Position numbers and translations under genes: made by a program. DNA of 64,000 nt. Origin: the human T2T-CHM13v2.0 reference genome, Homo sapiens. Below, in pieces: positions 63,271-64,000 of the stretch. Position 1 is the first letter of the stretch; each line of letters starts with the position of its first letter. The notes below the pieces were generated by a model. That model was not told where the DNA came from, searched no databases, and saw only the letters and a list, made by a program, of their open reading frames with translations. Location: the NCBI RefSeq assembly GCF_009914755.1, contig NC_060939.1; one strand, 5' to 3'.

Positions 63271-64000
63271 ATTCTGAGAGTTAGTATTCTTTTGAAAAGG
63301 AATATCACTCTTTAAAAAAAAAGAATTTTATTCCTTTAAAGCATCACTGTCATAACTATGCACGTGTTTTGTTAGAAAGTAGTTCTCCTTACTCTATCAA
63401 TAAAGACTACTTTTAAAAACTTGAAAGCAAATAACCAACTTATTTGCCCCCAGGCTTTTTAAAATCATTAACTGAAGATAAAATAATTTGAAATTTCGAA
63501 GGTACTAAAAAACAAAACAACTCCAAATGTAATAAAAACACATCAAGAACCAAACTACAATTTCTGAGCTGCACTGTTTATTTTGCTGCTTGAAACCTAA
63601 GTGACAGTATGCCACTATAATTATGGGGTTTCGTCTAAACCTTTACTACACTGCAGGTACAGAAATATACGGACACATTTTTAGAGAATTGACATTTTGC
63701 AAAATGCAGCAAACATTTTAATTTATACATGAGAAAAGGAAGTGTTCAAAAGGGTATGCATTTCAAGTTATTGCAGGTTATTTGTGAGAGAATTTCTGCA
63801 GGTAAAACATGTTTAAATTTAACCAACAGTAGCGTGTCAGTGTATTTAAAATCATGACAAAAATCTTCTCTCTGGTCATGTTGCCCATGACAAATTACTA
63901 TGATGTTGTACGTTTAGGGCAAGATGTCAATACAGCATAAATCCCATGGTATTTTGGTTTTCTTCTGGAGATTAAAGCTGTTTTTCTTGGGATAAATGCA

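Overview
Primate (human-like) genomic DNA. It is largely intergenic and dominated by interspersed repeats; I found no recognisable cellular protein-coding exon. Main contents: two full-length but decayed LINE-1s (an L1PA7/8-type at ~4.8-11.4 kb and an L1MA4A-type at ~46.3-53.6 kb nested in an older L1M), nearly 30 Alu copies, L2/L3/MIR relics, MaLR LTRs, TcMar and hAT DNA-transposon relics (MER47, Tigger3, MER82, MADE1, MARNA, MER5) and a Y1 RNA retrocopy. A small CpG-rich promoter-like element lies at ~16 kb. A repeat-poor AT-rich block at 58-64 kb looks like the long 3' UTR of an unidentified minus-strand gene. I see no evidence of a new multi-gene system. The most unusual signals are fossil repair or replication scars with locally templated DNA. 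The clearest is a ~270-bp-arm fold-back duplication inside an Alu at 56 kb whose spacer was copied repeatedly from a site 1.2 kb away. Others are a multi-switch templated insertion inside L1 ORF2 at 9.7 kb, a 145-bp ectopic copy dropped into an L2 at 1.6 kb, and a two-Alu chimera within a single TSD at 50.4 kb. Repeat subfamily calls come from recalled consensus features, and boundaries are approximate.
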